Below, piece by piece: positions 51,151-64,000 of a stretch of DNA of 64,000 bases. The position numbers and the translations under genes were made by a program. A model generated the notes under the pieces. The model was not told the origin of the DNA. It saw only the letters and a program-made list of their open reading frames with translations, and made no database searches. The stretch is from Sminthopsis crassicaudata. Its lineage: Eukaryota. The stretch spans positions 250,360,055 to 250,424,054 of the forward strand of contig NC_133622.1 in assembly GCF_048593235.1 (NCBI RefSeq), written 5' to 3'. The first letter of the stretch is position 1, and the number at the start of each line of letters is the position of its first letter.

Positions 51151-54100
51151 TCATTGGGAAGCAGGGGACCCCAGCTTCTGCAGGCGGCGGCGGCGGAGCT
51201 CCACTGCGTCAGGTTCCGCATCTTCCGCCAGGTCCTCGGCCCCAATAGATTCTGCAGCTGGGAGACAAGAGAGGCAAAGGTCAAGTTCTGACAAGTTACT
51301 TGTGTGGCCCCCACCCCCCTCAGGAGATTCCTTACATGGGTCCGGCTGCTGCTGTACTGGGTCGGGGGGAGGTGGAGAGGCTTCCGGTGAGGGGGGTGTA
51401 GCCTCAGAACTGGGGATGCTGCTGGAAGAGGAGGCTGCAGCAGCAGGTGTAGATGCTGCAGGGGGGCTGGCAGGAGCAGGAGGTCGGGGAGGGCTGGGGA
51501 AAGAAGCAGAGAAGGGTGAGCTGTGGGTGTGGGCCCTGGCCCCCAGCTGACCTTTCCCTCCACATCCCTGGGGCCTCACCCTAAGGAGGCCAGCACAGTG
51601 AGGTACTGGTTGATCTGCAGCATGGCGGCGTCCAGCAGGGTGTGGATATTTCGAAGGCTTTGTAGCCGAGCTTCCAGATGCTGCCGCTCGTGGCCCTCCA
51701 GGGCCTGCAGCTCCTCGGCCGTCAGACCTGCAAAGCCTGCTGGGGGCACTGGCATGGGGGGGAATCCTGTGGAGCAAAAGGAGGCTGGGCCCAAGGTGTT
51801 GGACCTGGGCCCGGAGGCAGCCCCAGCATCCCCTTCTCTCTGGGGCAGCCCCAGTGACCCCACCTCTCTGGGTAGCTCAGGAGGGAAATGACTTACCAAA
51901 CGGTGGAGGCAGGGGCATGCCCATCCAGGGAGGAGGAAAGGGAAAGCCGGGAGCCGGAGCAGGCTCAGGGACAGAACCAGAGGCCCGAGAAGCGTTGGCT
52001 AGGAAGAGCAGACAGAACACAGATCATCAGAAGGAGAGCTTTGCCCATCGCCTCATCTGGGAGGTGAGGTCCAGAGGCCGTCTTCCCTTTCGGGCCCAGA
52101 ACTAAGGAACCCAGGCTCCCTTCCCCCTCTTCTCCCCCTAAAGAGGTCCCTGTTAACCCCCATGGTGACAGCTGTGTTCTGACACTCAGCCAGACTCACC
52201 TGATGTGGAAGGCGAGGCAGGAGGGGCATCTGCATTGCTGGGGGGTGGCATGGGGGGGAAGGGACCCATGGGAGGCCAGAGGGGGAACATCCCAGGAGGA
52301 AATGGAGGCAGGAGGCCTTGGGGAACTGCAATGAGAAGATAATGAGAATAGAATGGGGGCCCAGAAACTCTAGATGGGAGCACCTAGAGAGCCTCCCTGA
52401 AGTAGCTCAAAGTGGAGGGTCTGTGGAGGTTTGGGCTACTTACAGTTAGGGGGCTGGGGGAGAATGGGGGGCTGGTGGGGAGCAGGTGGGGGGCCATGCT
52501 CAGGAGCCTCTGGTGCCGGTGGGGACTGGACAGGAAGTGAGGCCCGAAGAACGTCCATCCGGCAGGTGGGGCAGGTCTGCTGCCGCTGGAACCAGGAGCG
52601 CAGGCAGCTGGGAAAGCAGAGAGGCTCCTTAGCCCTCACAGCCCGGTCTCCCTGTGGCCTGGGAAGTGGCTCAGCCCCCTTCTCACCTGGTGTGGAAGAT
52701 ATGGTTGCAGGGAAGCCTCTTGGCGCCTGTGACCATCTCTTCTCTGCAGATGATGCAGACATTGTCCATGGCTTGGAGCTCCTCAGCCGTGGCGTCTGGG
52801 TACCTGAGAAGGAACCGCCCACATAAGTCGGAGCCTTTGAGGCCTTGGGGAGGGGGAGAGGCCTGCAGAAAGGGGAGCACTCACAGCGTGTTCATGTTGC
52901 GGATGGCCCGGCGAGACATGATGGCGTCCGTCACCGCTTTCTTAAACTGCCTGCAAAGACAGGAGGGGCCGGTGAGACCCAGGCTCGGGCCTCCCATCCT
53001 GGCCACACTCTGTGGAGTCCCCATGTCTTGCACCCGTACCTTCTGGCCAGTCCTCAGCCCGCTCAGGCCCTAAACCTTCCTCCCCGGCTGTTGCCCCTCC
53101 CCCAAGGTCCTGTCTAATGAGGAAACTCACACAGACCCCAGTCCAGCCCCACCTTGGCCGGCTGCCTGGGCTTCGAGAAGCTTACCTCATGGCCAGGTAC
53201 ATGGGCCGGATGGCAAAGAGCGGGAACGTGTGCACCTTGATCATGATGGTCATGAAGGCCATGTAGAGCAGCACCTTGATGAAGCCTGGAGGGAGGGAGG
53301 AGCCGTGGAGGTGCTGCCCGGAGGAGGCCCAGGCGTCCCCAGGTTCCCCGCCCCCACCGAAAGGGAGCTCACCTGTGAAGAGCTCCGTGTAGAGCATGTA
53401 GACTGCCTTGTTATCCCAGGGGTTCTCGTTCTGGAGGTCGATGGAGTGCAGGACATACTTGATGAAGATGGTGAGGACCATGGTCATCAGGATGGCGTAC
53501 TGTGGGGCGAGGAGGATGCTGGGTGTGGGAGCCTGTCCTCAGGCAGCCCTGCTCCCCCATTCCCCTAGCCCCCCCCCATGGTACCTCAAAGCCGAAGACC
53601 AGCTGCACGGACGCCCCGCGCGTCAGGATGCTGTGATAGGCATGATTGACAAAGAGGAAGTCCAGGGCGCCCAGGAGGAGCATGAGGGCTGCGGGGAATC
53701 GAGGGGAGCGTCAGGGGGGCTGGTTGCCTTCGCTCAGATGCTCTGGCCCTGAGGTTACTGTTAGGGGAGGTGGGAGCCCCAGGGGCCCTCTGGGAACTCC
53801 CAGCCTCCCCTGGAGGGGAGCGGCAACAGCCCAGTCTCCTGGGTGAGCAGACATAAGAGGGAGTCTCTTTGGGACTTAAGGCAGCTGAAGTGCCCTGGAG
53901 TGGAACAGGGCAGGGAGAAAGAATGCAAATGAGCTTCTCAAATTAGCTCTGGGGTCCAGCTGCCTGTCTCAGGAGGCTGGGGGATGGGGGACAAGGGGCA
54001 TGGCCTCGGCTCCCCTCCCCTCCCCTGCCTGTACAGGGTCACACCAAGCCTCCGTCCAGGGCCACTCACAGACAATTCGGCAGTGAAAGAGCCAGGAGAT

Positions 54101-54795
54101 GTTGGGGCTCCGCTCCATCTGGGCAAGAAGAGCAAAGGGCCGTGAGGGAAGCCATCCCTTCCCTGGGGCTCCATCTCCATCCCCCCCCTGGCCTTTTTCT
54201 GCCTCACTCACAAAATCCACTCGGTCCTCCGCCAGCCAGTGGAAACACTTGAGGAAGAGGAGGAGGGTGAAGAGCGCCACGAAGCGGGGGCTGAAGTCGT
54301 CCCGGAACACCGTGAAGGCCAGACAGGTCTCGGTCACTGCGTACCAGGAGCGCTCCAGCAGGTGCTGGGTGGGGACGGACGAGACCCTCCGGCATCCGGA
54401 CAGCCGGCCCGTACCACCTCTCCCCTTGGCCCCCCGACACTCAAACACAGTCCCCGGCACTCCCCTGCCAGGCCCCCTCCCCCCTCACCTCCATCTCGGC
54501 GGCTCTCAGCTGCCCGAAGAACACCTTGCCCATCACTTTGCCCAAGAGAAAGACGAGCACGAAGGCCTGGATGTACAGGACCTGGGGGACAGGGGAGGGG
54601 GCGCTCAGGACGAGGGCGGGGACAGCCTCACTCCCCTCCGCCCCCGGCCAGGTGCACACTCACCGCCATACTGGGGCTGGACTTGGTCAGGTAGACCACG
54701 GTGGGGTAGAACTGGTGCTTGAGGTAGTAAGCGTGAGCCACCACGGCCCCGGTCAGCGCCAGGCTGGCGGCCATCATCACGGCGGTGCGGAACAT
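51151..54795 (-). CDS. SYVN1: Synoviolin/HRD1 ERAD E3 ubiquitin ligase, 15 coding exons
   Basis: Exons 54664-54795, 54489-54581, 54212-54364, 54070-54118, 53585-53688, 53373-53499, 53186-53285, 52885-52950, 52687-52803, 52444-52607, 52201-52325, 51897-51998, 51580-51766, 51336-51493, 51151-51257. MFRTAVMMAASLAL; RING-H2 CIICREEM..CNHIFHTSCLRSWFQRQQTCPTC; ELRRRRLQKL. 5'UTR exon donor at 54989. Confidence 0.98.
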
Positions 54796-56769
54796 GGCCC
54801 CGGCCGGGAGACCTGGGGGGCGAAGGCGGCGGGTGAGCGGCCTCCCCGCCCCCACGTGTCCCCAGGGCCGCGGACACCGGGGGTGGCGAACTCCGCGGCC
54901 CCGGCCCCGCCTCGGCGAGCCCGCCGCCCCCGCCCGCGGGAGGAGCCCGGCCCCGAACGCCAGCCCCGCCCGGCCTGCGCTCACTCACCGGGAGCTCGGG
55001 GCCCCGGAGCCCGCGGGTCTCGAGACGACGGGGGTAGAGATAAGGCGACTAGCGGCGGAGAAGCGCTGACGGGGACCGTGACGGGGGCGGTGGCGACTCC
55101 ACCAGTTAACAACACTCCCCACCCCCTCTAGGCCGGAAATGCGAGCCACAGACACCTCACTTCCGGCCGCTGGGGCGGCGGGGTGGGACGTACCAAGTGC
55201 ATCGCCCCTAGCCTCCTGCGGTCCTCTGGAAATCCTATCCGATCTAAGCTGAACGGGCAGTTAGAATGCCGAGGAAAGTGGAGAAGGGAAGCAGAGGACC
55301 TTCCTCCCGGGGGGTGAGGCACGGGCTTTGGAGGAGTAGGGTATCCCCTACCTCCTGGTCACACATGGTATGTCCCGGACGACCCAGAGGAGGGTTTTAC
55401 CCTTCGCTACCTGAAGGGAGGGGGAGGCTCCTCTCCTGGACCGCAGCCAGGGCTGAACTATTCGAAGGGGTGAACGACCAAGAAAGTTAAGATGGGAGAC
55501 CACGGAGGAGGGAAAGAAAGAGAAAATGAGACACAATACCGTAACAACTAAGAAAAAAGGATGTGGAAAGTGTGTGCTTTTGGGAAACGGAGTAGCACTT
55601 TCCCGCTGGGAAAATATCTGTATCTACCACTCCCCCTTTTAGGTCTGTGGAGTGAGATGGGTCGCCGTGGCCGCCTTTGATTGGCCAGCTCAGAGGCACG
55701 CGGACCAATTAAAAAAAATGTAAGTTTGCCTACCAATCGGAAAAGCGAACCGCGTATGGCTGTTGCTAAGAGGAACGACCCTGGAAGCCAAGCCGACTGT
55801 CAAAGCGCGCGGAGGACTCGGAGAGTGGGGGCGTGGCCGTGGAGGCCGAAACGGCAGGGGCCGGAGAGCGGCCGAGGCGCGGAATTAGGAAGCGCCTCAG
55901 CCTTCGGGGCCGCGTGGACTGACGGGTCCATTAAGAATGGGGGCCGCAGGCTGCCCAGCTGGAGGCATGCGCCAACCCTGACTCGCTTTGTGACCTTGGG
56001 TCAGGAGGGCATCTTTGTCCTTCCGCGCCCTGAGGCTCCTGGTTGTTTCTCAGCCTTGGCCTCGAGTCCCTTCTGCCGGGACTGGGGAGATGAAGCGAGA
56101 AAGTCTCTTAACTGAGGACCTACTACGCGTTATCCTAATTTAGGAGAATCTGGCCGCTGGGAGCTTACTGTATCTCACGTCCCTGCGCTGACTAGGGGGA
56201 ACCTTGTAACCTCCGAAAAGCCTCAGTTGTTACTTTCGGCTCCGCCCCCTCCCCCGGGTCCTTCCGGACCCGGAATCCCCCGCCAGATAGGCCCACGCTA
56301 AAGAACCCGGGCCAGACCCTGGTTCCGCACTGGTTTGCTCCGAGCCCCTTTGTTTGCACCCCTTCGGTGCAGGTGTAGCTATAATGAAGGCCGTGGTAAT
56401 ACTACGGAAAGGGGCATGGAGGGGGTGAAGGAGATGTGAGGGGGCTGCCTCCCGGTGCCGCGGCCCATCTTAGTAGCGTGTGAGCTGGCGGTGACGTGGG
56501 GTTGGGAAGGAGGCACGTGCCCGGGAAGCCCGGATCTGCCCTTCGGAAGAGTTAACCACCAAGCAATTCGAAGCCGGATAGTTCAGAGAACAAATAGAAA
56601 GGTTTGCCCAAGTGGGAACTGCGGCTGCCACTCAGGTGGACCCTCTCCCCCCCCCCAACAGGTGTGGCAGTGCCCTGACTTAGGGAGCTTTCCCGACGCA
56701 CTCCCCCAGGCAACGCTTCCTAAGACTTTCACTCGCGATTCCTTTTCACTGGAGAAATGTTTACAGGAC

Positions 56770-58450
56770 CCCAGGGATAAGAGTTAATAAAACAGGTGAA
56801 CAAATCAAACATTTGTGGACAACAAATCACTTTGCGACCCTCAGATTCAATTACAAGATCCCAGATGATCTCAAGAACTACAGTTTATGAAGCTGAGCAT
56901 TATTACTGAAAGCCTACGCTTCTGGAGAACAACTGATCAAAAAGTAAGATAGATATAGTTACAAAAGAAGCCAACTCCACAGAAATACATTTATCAGATT
57001 TTTCCCCCAAAAAATCAAGCCCTCAAGAGAAGAGCCCTTCTTGGAAGTTGTTTCCTGTATAGAGCAACACTGAAAATTCTATTCCTGAAGTCCTAAATGT
57101 TCTTGAAAGTGGGGCTGTTTGCAAAACTAGTGCATATAGAACCTTCAATACAAAAGTGACAAATTTTTTTTTGCCTAGAGAGATTCATGTCCAAAGAAGC
57201 ATTATGCATCTAAAAAAAGATAATTTTGATAACGTCAATTTTTTTTTTAATTTTGCACAAACAAAATGCAACCGAGATTAGAAGGAAAGCAGGGAACAGG
57301 GAACAAAATGTTTACTGTAAGCTTCCCAGATAAAGGCCTCATTTCTCAACTATATAGAGAATCAAGACAATTCTATAAAAATATGAGGCATTCCTTAATA
57401 AATGGTCAAAAGATATAAATAAGCAATTTTCAGAAGAAATCAAAGCTGAATTCAAAAGAAATTAAAGGGGCAGCTAGGTGGCGCAGTGGTTAGAGCACCA
57501 GCTCTGAAGTCAGGAGGATCTGAATTCAAATTTGGCCTCAGACATTTAATAAGCCCTAGCTGTATGACCCTGGTCAAGTCACTTAACCCCAATTGCTTTA
57601 ACAACAAAAAAAAAATTTTTTTAATTATATATATATATATGTATATGAAGAAAATGCAAGTTAAAACAACCTGATGCCTTGTAAGATTAGCTAATATGAC
57701 AGGAAACAAATGTCAGAGTGAATGTGGGAAATTTAGAATATCAATTCACTGTTGGTGGAATTGTAAACTGGTCTTAAACATTCTGGTCCAGGACCAGTGC
57801 TGCCCCTCCAACCATTATGGAATACAATTTGGAACTATATTCAAAGAGTTATAAAATTGTGCATATCTTTTGACCTGGAAATTACTATTACTAGATCTAT
57901 ATCCCAAAGAGATGAAAGAAAAAGCAAAAGACTCTACATCTACAAAAATACAGCAGTTCTTTTTGTGGTAGCAAAGAACTGGAAATTGAGGGGATGCCCA
58001 TCAGCTGGAAAATGACTGAACAACTTATGGCATATGATGGTGATGGGATAGTATCAAAAATGATGAGTAGCACACTGTCAGAAAAAACCTAGGAAGAGTA
58101 ACATGAACTTATGCAAAGTGAAGTAAGCAGAACTAGAACATTATATACAATACCCGTACATATGTTGATCAACTGGAAATAACTTAGCTATTATCAGTAA
58201 TAGACAATGTTAAAGAACTTATGATTTAAAATGCTATCTTCCTTCAGGAAAGTCTAAATGCAGATTGAACCTTATTTTTAAAACTTTGTTATTTTGGCGG
58301 GGTTTTTTGTCTGCATTTTCTTTTGCAACATGGCTAACATGGGAATATTTTGCATGATCACACATCAGATTGCTTGCTTTTTGATGCAACTCAAAATTAA
58401 ACTCATATTTAATTGGAACTCAAAAAAAAAGTTAAACTTTTTTCCTTTAC
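56770..58450 (+). mobile_element. Degraded LINE-1 ORF2 3' remnant interrupted by a SINE
   Basis: L1-like text such as cactgttggtggaattgtaaactgg and QPLWNTIWNYIQRVIKLCISFD..LFVVAKNWK; many stop codons. Confidence 0.7.
57467..57600 (+). mobile_element. Young marsupial SINE with A/TA tail
   Basis: ggggcagctaggtggcgcagtggttagagcaccagctctgaagtcaggagg...caagtcacttaaccccaattgc. Confidence 0.88.
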
Positions 58451-58789
58451 ATGTAATTGAAAAAATGTTAAAAAAATTTAAAAAAATAAACATTTGGAAA
58501 GCTGGAGGAAGAGAAATCCAGATCATACTTAAGGAAGGCAGAGCATCTAAAGCCCCTGAGGTTGCAACTGGTAAGGCTTTTGGAGGAGACAAGATCCATC
58601 ACCCTATCTGGGTTGTCACTCCTCTCTTCCCAGTGCCTTGCCCCTACATCTGGTGAGATTCCAATTCAGTCAATAAACATGCATGTATTAAAGGCCTAGT
58701 TATGTGCCAGGCACGAAATACCAGAAAACAACAGCAAAACCTTCCTAAAATTCAAGGAACTTACACTCTAAGAGGAGACACCTCTCCAA

Positions 58790-59800
58790 GAACCTGAGTG
58801 TTCATAGGACTGAGTAATTTGAGGGTTGAAAAGTGCCTCGGTGGTCAGGTTGTCTAAACCATTCACAAAAGGAAGTCCCATTATATGAACCTAATAAATA
58901 GTTGTTTGGTCCATGTTTGAGGACCCCTGAGAAGAGGGTATATCACCTCTTGAGGAAGACCTCTGCACTCTGGCATGCCTTTATTTATAATTGTCGGCAA
59001 ATTTGTCCCTGACAGAAACTGCCATTCTACCCTCCTCACCACTGCTCCCACCCCTGCCCTCTAAGACCAAACCAAAAAAGTCTTAATTTTTCTTTTTCAA
59101 GGAGCCTTTCAGCTTCTTGAAGATAGCCCTCATGTCCCAATGAGAATCACTTCCAAACAAAATATACCCACTTCGCAGGATGGACTCTCCCAGCCCTTCT
59201 TCATCCTGATTGTAAACCGTTATTCTCTAGCATATGATGGATCAGACTGAACTCAACAATCCCAATAAAATCTGATGAGAGCTGGATTCAATGGCATTCT
59301 CTCCTTCCCTATTCTCTTTTGCAAATGACCAAGAAAGCCCTCACTTTTTTTTGGCTACCAATTCATTCATTAAAGGAGTGTTTTTGTTTTTGTTGAGGCA
59401 ATTGGGATTAAGTGACTTGCTCAGGGTCACACAGCTAGGAAGTATTGTCTGAGGCCGGATTTGAACTCAGGTCCTCTTGACTCAGGATTGGTGCCTTACC
59501 CACTGCACCACCTCGCTGCCCCAGGAAGGTTTTCTTAACTGTTGTCTATCTGCACCTGCCTGCTTCTCTCATTGTATATTTGGCAACTAGATATTTTTGT
59601 TCCATGGGCAAGACTTTATAGTGTCATCTCTACTGAATTTCACCTTATTAGCCTGATCCTGTCAGTAACTTTTCAGATTCCACTGCTAGCTTCTCCTTCC
59701 AGTTCTGTCATCTGCAAATGAACTGAAGATGCCATTGGTCCTAGATCCAAATGACTGGCAAAAAATATGAAACAACCCAGAGCCAGGAACGTCTTAGGAT
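58790..59800. mobile_element. Probable ancient L3/CR1 fragments
   Basis: ttctgtcatctgcaaat and gtcatctctactgaatttcacc resemble remembered L3/CR1 text; weak evidence. Confidence 0.35.
59395..59522 (-). mobile_element. Marsupial SINE
   Basis: gaggcaattgggattaagtgacttgctcagggtcacacagctagg...ccactgcaccacctcgctgcccc. Confidence 0.85.
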
Positions 59801-60834
59801 ATACTCCTCTGGAGACCTCCAAGGGTGTGGACTTTGAAGTAATAACAAGTACTCTCTCAGAACAAGCTAAGATCCAAAAGAAGTCCTAGGAAAAGTCCCA
59901 AAGAAGGAAAGGGAGGATCCACAAAGGCAGAATATTGCATACAGTACCAGGATTTTGTTTTGGTTTGGGTTTTTTGGCTAAATTTTTTCTCTTTAAAAAC
60001 ATTGTTAGATGGGATAATTCTCTAGGAGGAAGAATTGGGGGAGAAAACCAAAACAGAACTTATTGAAAACAGCAACAGCTTTCATTCTCAGTCTAGTCAC
60101 CTGAGCAGTTCTGAGCCCAGCTTGAGGGGTTTCCCCTAATTCGTGGCCTTTTCCCCACAAGAATCCTGTACTTTTATAGCAAAGGCTGTGCTCCCATCTG
60201 GGTAAACTTTAGTGATAGCAGTTCTTTCTGTCAAAAACGGAGCTAAAGTTAGTCTGGGGACACCTGCCAGTTTTTGAGGGAGACATGATGGCTCTTGGTA
60301 AGAATCGCTTCTTTTGAGGCCCTCAGTAATTCTTACACAACCCCATCTGGAATGGCTGCCCCTGCTTTCTCACCTGTCTCTGCTGTGCTCAGCCCTCAGA
60401 CTGAGGGAGGGAGAGATTTGGGAGGGCCCAAATTCTCCCAGGCCACTACAAGCTCTTCTCTCACCTATCCTAGATACAAACTCCCTGCAAGACACCATTG
60501 TTTTGTCATTTCCCATGTACAAGTGAGTCTCTGCAGAAAAACACATGGAAATACAAAAAGAGCAGCTTTACCTTCCCATGTTGTCAGCCAGTAACTATTT
60601 GCTGTGTCTCCTATGTGGCAGGCTCTGGGAATACCATAGAGGAAAAGATAGTTTGGGACCTTGAGAAGTTTCCATTTGAACAAATGAGACAAAATGCAAA
60701 TATGTACAAATACTCTTATGTACAGGATAAATGAAATAATAGAGGGGAGGTCCTAGAATTAAGAGGGATAGGAAAAGGCTTCCTGTAGAAGGTGGAACTT
60801 TAGCTAGGACTTAAATAATGACTGCCAAAGATTC

Positions 60835-61692
60835 TTATAGAGGCCTCATTTCCAAAATATATAGAGAACTGACTCTAATTTATAAGAAATCAAGCCATTC
60901 TCCAATTGATAGTCAAAGGATATGAACAATTTTCAGAAGAAGAAAAGCATTTCTAGCCATATGAAAAGAAAATCCAAATCATTATTGATCAGAGAAATGC
61001 AAGTTAAGACAATTCTGAGATATGACGACACACCTCTCAGATTGGCTAGGATGACAGGAAAAGACAATGATGAATGTTGGAGGGGATGCGGGGAAAACTG
61101 GTGCATTGTTAGTGGAATTGTGAATGCAGCCAACCATTCTGGAAATGGAGAGTGATTTGGAACGATGCTCAAAAAGTTATCAAACTGTGCATACCCTTTG
61201 ATCCAGCAGTGTTACTACTGGGCTTACATCCCAAAGAGATCTTAAAGAAGGGAAAGGGACCCACATGTGCAAGAATGTTTGTGGCAGCCCTTTTTGTGGT
61301 GTCCAGAAACTGGAAACTGAATGGATACCCATCAGCTGGAGAATGGCTGAATAAATTGTGGTATATGAATCTTATGGAATATTATTGTTCTGTAAGAAAT
61401 GACCAGCAGGATGATTTCAGAAAAGCCTGGAGAGACTGACATGAACTGATGCTGAGCGAAATGAGCAGAACCAGGAGCTCATTATATACTTCAACAACAA
61501 TACTATATGAGGATCAATTCTGATGGACGTGACCCTCTTCAACAATGAGATGAACTAAATCAGTTCCAATTGATCAGTGATGAACAGAACCAGCTACACC
61601 CAGTGAAAGAACACTGGGAAATAAGTATGGGCCACAACATAGCATTTCCACTCCTGTTATTGTTTACTTGCATTTTTGATTTCCATATAGGG
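60835..61692 (+). mobile_element. LINE-1 3' fragment running into the assembly gap
   Basis: Frameshifted ORF2 C-terminus: SLLIREMQVKTILRY, IPFDPAVLLLGLHPKEI, MFVAALFVV, EWLNKLWYMNLMEYYCSVRND. Confidence 0.9.
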
Positions 61693-61858
61693 NNNNNNNN
61701 NNNNNNNNNNNNNNNNNNNNNNNNNNNNNNNNNNNNNNNNNNNNNNNNNNNNNNNNNNNNNNNNNNNNNNNNNNNNNNNNNNNNNNNNNNNNNNNNNNNN
61801 NNNNNNNNNNNNNNNNNNNNNNNNNNNNNNNNNNNNNNNNNNNNNNNNNNNNNNNNNN
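61693..61858. other. Assembly gap (166 N)
   Basis: Run of n characters. Confidence 1.
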
Positions 61859-61859
61859 G

Positions 61860-63300
61860 ACTTCCTCGAACAGACTGTATATTTGGGAGGCAATAGGGCC
61901 TTTGGAGTTCAGGGTGGGGTGACCTAGGTAGACTATACTTGAGGAAAATGCCTTTGATGGCTGAATGAAGGGACTCGAGGTAGGCTGATGCAGAGTCTGA
62001 AGTGTTAACTGATTGCATCAGGAGGAGGGGCGGATTCAAAAGTTGCTGCAGAGGTGAAACTGGCAGTTCTTTACAACTCAGATGGGGGGAGTGAGAAGTT
62101 GGGGACGCCTGTGTGGCGAGTGTGGGGGTTTGGGAGAGGGTGTCACTCTACAGTAATAGAACTGAAGGAGGAAGATCACGAGTTTGGGTTTGGACATGTC
62201 CAAGTGGTCAGCGGGGAGGGGAGGGCTGTGGTCAGTTGTTCCATTTAGCTGTTTTGTCTTAAATTCTCCCTTTTCTTCCCCCCCCCCCCAAGTCCCTCCT
62301 TTGCTTCAGTGCCTTCTCAGACCTTGCATTCCTGACCTGATTTTTCCAGGTCTGAGTCTTCTATTCCCACAGTCTTGCTCCCACCATTCATTAGGAGCTT
62401 GAGAACACCCTCACTCACTCTTCTCCCTCCGCTGCTTCCAGGGTGCTCTCCTAACTGGATCATTTCTGTGGCTCAGTTCCATCATCATGGGATGGACTAG
62501 CGTCTTCTTCCTCCTCAGAGCATCCAGCTCTCTCCACGTTAGGGAGCTCCAGGGAGTTTTGAAGCTCTAATGGCACGAGTGCCCCTTTCCTTCCCTTTGC
62601 TCTCTGTTCTCTTCCATCCTCTCCCTCACAAAGGTACAATCTCCTACTTAAGAGCCCTCCCTCCACCTGCCACTCCTAAATCTTGTTTCTTTTAGGAATT
62701 CATTGTCCCTAAAAACTTGGGAGTGTGGAGAGGCAGCCTGCAGTTCCTTTGTAGCCACATCAGCCGAACGCAGATAAGCCCTGGACTGGGGCAGAAGTGC
62801 CAACCTCACACTCCAATCACTGCGGTTCCCCCTGCTCTCCATAATGGGAATTCTGGCAGCCTTTCTCAGAACTACTTGTAGTGTATATACGTACCACCAC
62901 ACTAAACCCAAGCACCTGATTAAAATCACAGATGGCCAACAAGCTTGAAAAAGGAAAACATTCACAACCAAGTTGTCCCACCCACCGATGCCCGCTCCTG
63001 GTTTCCTGTCTACAGCCTCACCAGCGCTTCCTCTTTGCTCTCTGAAGACCTCCTCTCCCTTTTCCAGTCACCCTCCTGGGTGACTCCCCGAGAACTTTAT
63101 CTGCCTCCATCTGCGCTTGTTTTTTATAAATTAACTGTATCATGGCTCAGGAACTGTTTAACATCCCCCCCATCTCTACCACCTTCTGCCAAACCGCTTC
63201 TCTGCTTAGCCCCAGTTAGCTCCAGGATGACCTCCTTTGCAAGCAGCTTCCATCCTCTTCTCATCTGCTGCAGTGTTGGGGAGCATGGAGGTGGGAGCAT
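61860..63300. mobile_element. Probable L2 LINE remnants
   Basis: gagtttgggtttggacatgtc (L2-like text) and ccagtcaccctcctgggtgac (PVTLLGD, endonuclease-like); highly decayed. Confidence 0.4.
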
Positions 63301-64000
63301 GCCAAGAGACACAAAGGAAAATCGAGCCAAAGAAGTTGTGTGTGTTTGCATGTGCCAAAGGTCACCCAACTTGGAGACCAGCTTTCTAACGGGGCGGAAG
63401 CCCAGCCCTATGGCTCAGAGGGGAACTACAACTGGTCTGGAGGTCACCAGTACTACCTACAGCCCTGCCCAGGGCCCAAGCTCCAGATGAAAACCTCTCT
63501 GAGGGGCACACCTCCCAGGGATGTGTAAGAAGTCATTGGGCCTGTGGATCCCCCTCAGTGGGAGGTATGAGCTGGCTGCCTACAGAACGTCTCCGTCTGG
63601 GTGGACTTGCAAATGCCTCACACTCACCCTGTTCTCCATTGAGCTCCTTAGGCCTGACCAGTGAATCTGCATCTCACCTGACTTTGGTCTTTGAGATCCT
63701 CCCAAGCACCAGTTCTGACACCTGAAACGTGAAAAATCTAGGATTCACAGCCATCAGGTCAAACCCTCATCATTTTAAAGAGAAAGCTCTTTGGGATCAG
63801 AGAAAGCAGGAGATCCATCCAATCCTGGCTAGTCAGGGGCAAGACTGCTCTGGACCCAGGTCCTGATTCCTGAGCTGGCTTGGGCTTCTTTTCCCCTCAA
63901 GGTTCCTTCATTCTTCCTGTTCGTGGGTCACTTCGCCCTGCAGATTTTATTCTGGTGGCATGTCCCCCTCCCTGGTCAGACCCTCCAACAGCGGCCCCAC

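Noticed and set aside
56340-56415. Two small hairpins (tgcacc-ccttc-ggtgca; ccgtgg..ctacgg)
   Set aside because: Too short, with no Pol III A/B boxes or cloverleaf; expected by chance.
55300-64000. Expected SPDYC or other gene beyond SYVN1
   Set aside because: No Speedy-domain motif or coherent exon chain; short ORFs map to L1, L2 and SINE remnants.

Overview
Eukaryotic, GC-rich, gene-dense vertebrate DNA. The SINE and L1 remnants indicate a marsupial, probably a dasyurid (inference). The window is syntenic with human 11q13.1. Gene order read from spliced exons: SAC3D1(+), NAALADL1(-), an unexpected 5-exon gene (-), CDCA5/sororin(-), ZFPL1(+), TMEM262/CATSPERH(-), VPS51(+), TM7SF2(+), ZNHIT2(-), FAU(-), MRPL49(+), SYVN1(-), followed by a repeat-rich tail with a 166-N gap. 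Exon boundaries were read by hand from GT/AG sites and phase checks; orthology calls rest on remembered human sequences, not on a search. Two observations stand out. (1) CDCA5 carries two extra in-frame exons (549 and 198 nt) built from a 27-bp coding minisatellite (units such as TPAERSAPQ and IPAKRSAPQ). They would add 249 aa, 18 S/T-P sites and 9 K-R-S sites, taking sororin to about 550 aa versus about 252 aa in human. (2) A phase-consistent 5-exon, 262-aa gene lies between NAALADL1 and CDCA5, where I know of no human gene. Its coiled coil resembles the TJAP1/BEGAIN family. Lesser oddities: a misplaced decayed copy of NAALADL1 exon 6, a putative TM7SF2 upstream exon with an overlapping uORF, a triplicated ZNHIT2 poly(A) cassette, and several tandem duplications. 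Most long ORFs in the supplied track are GC-rich or antisense artefacts.
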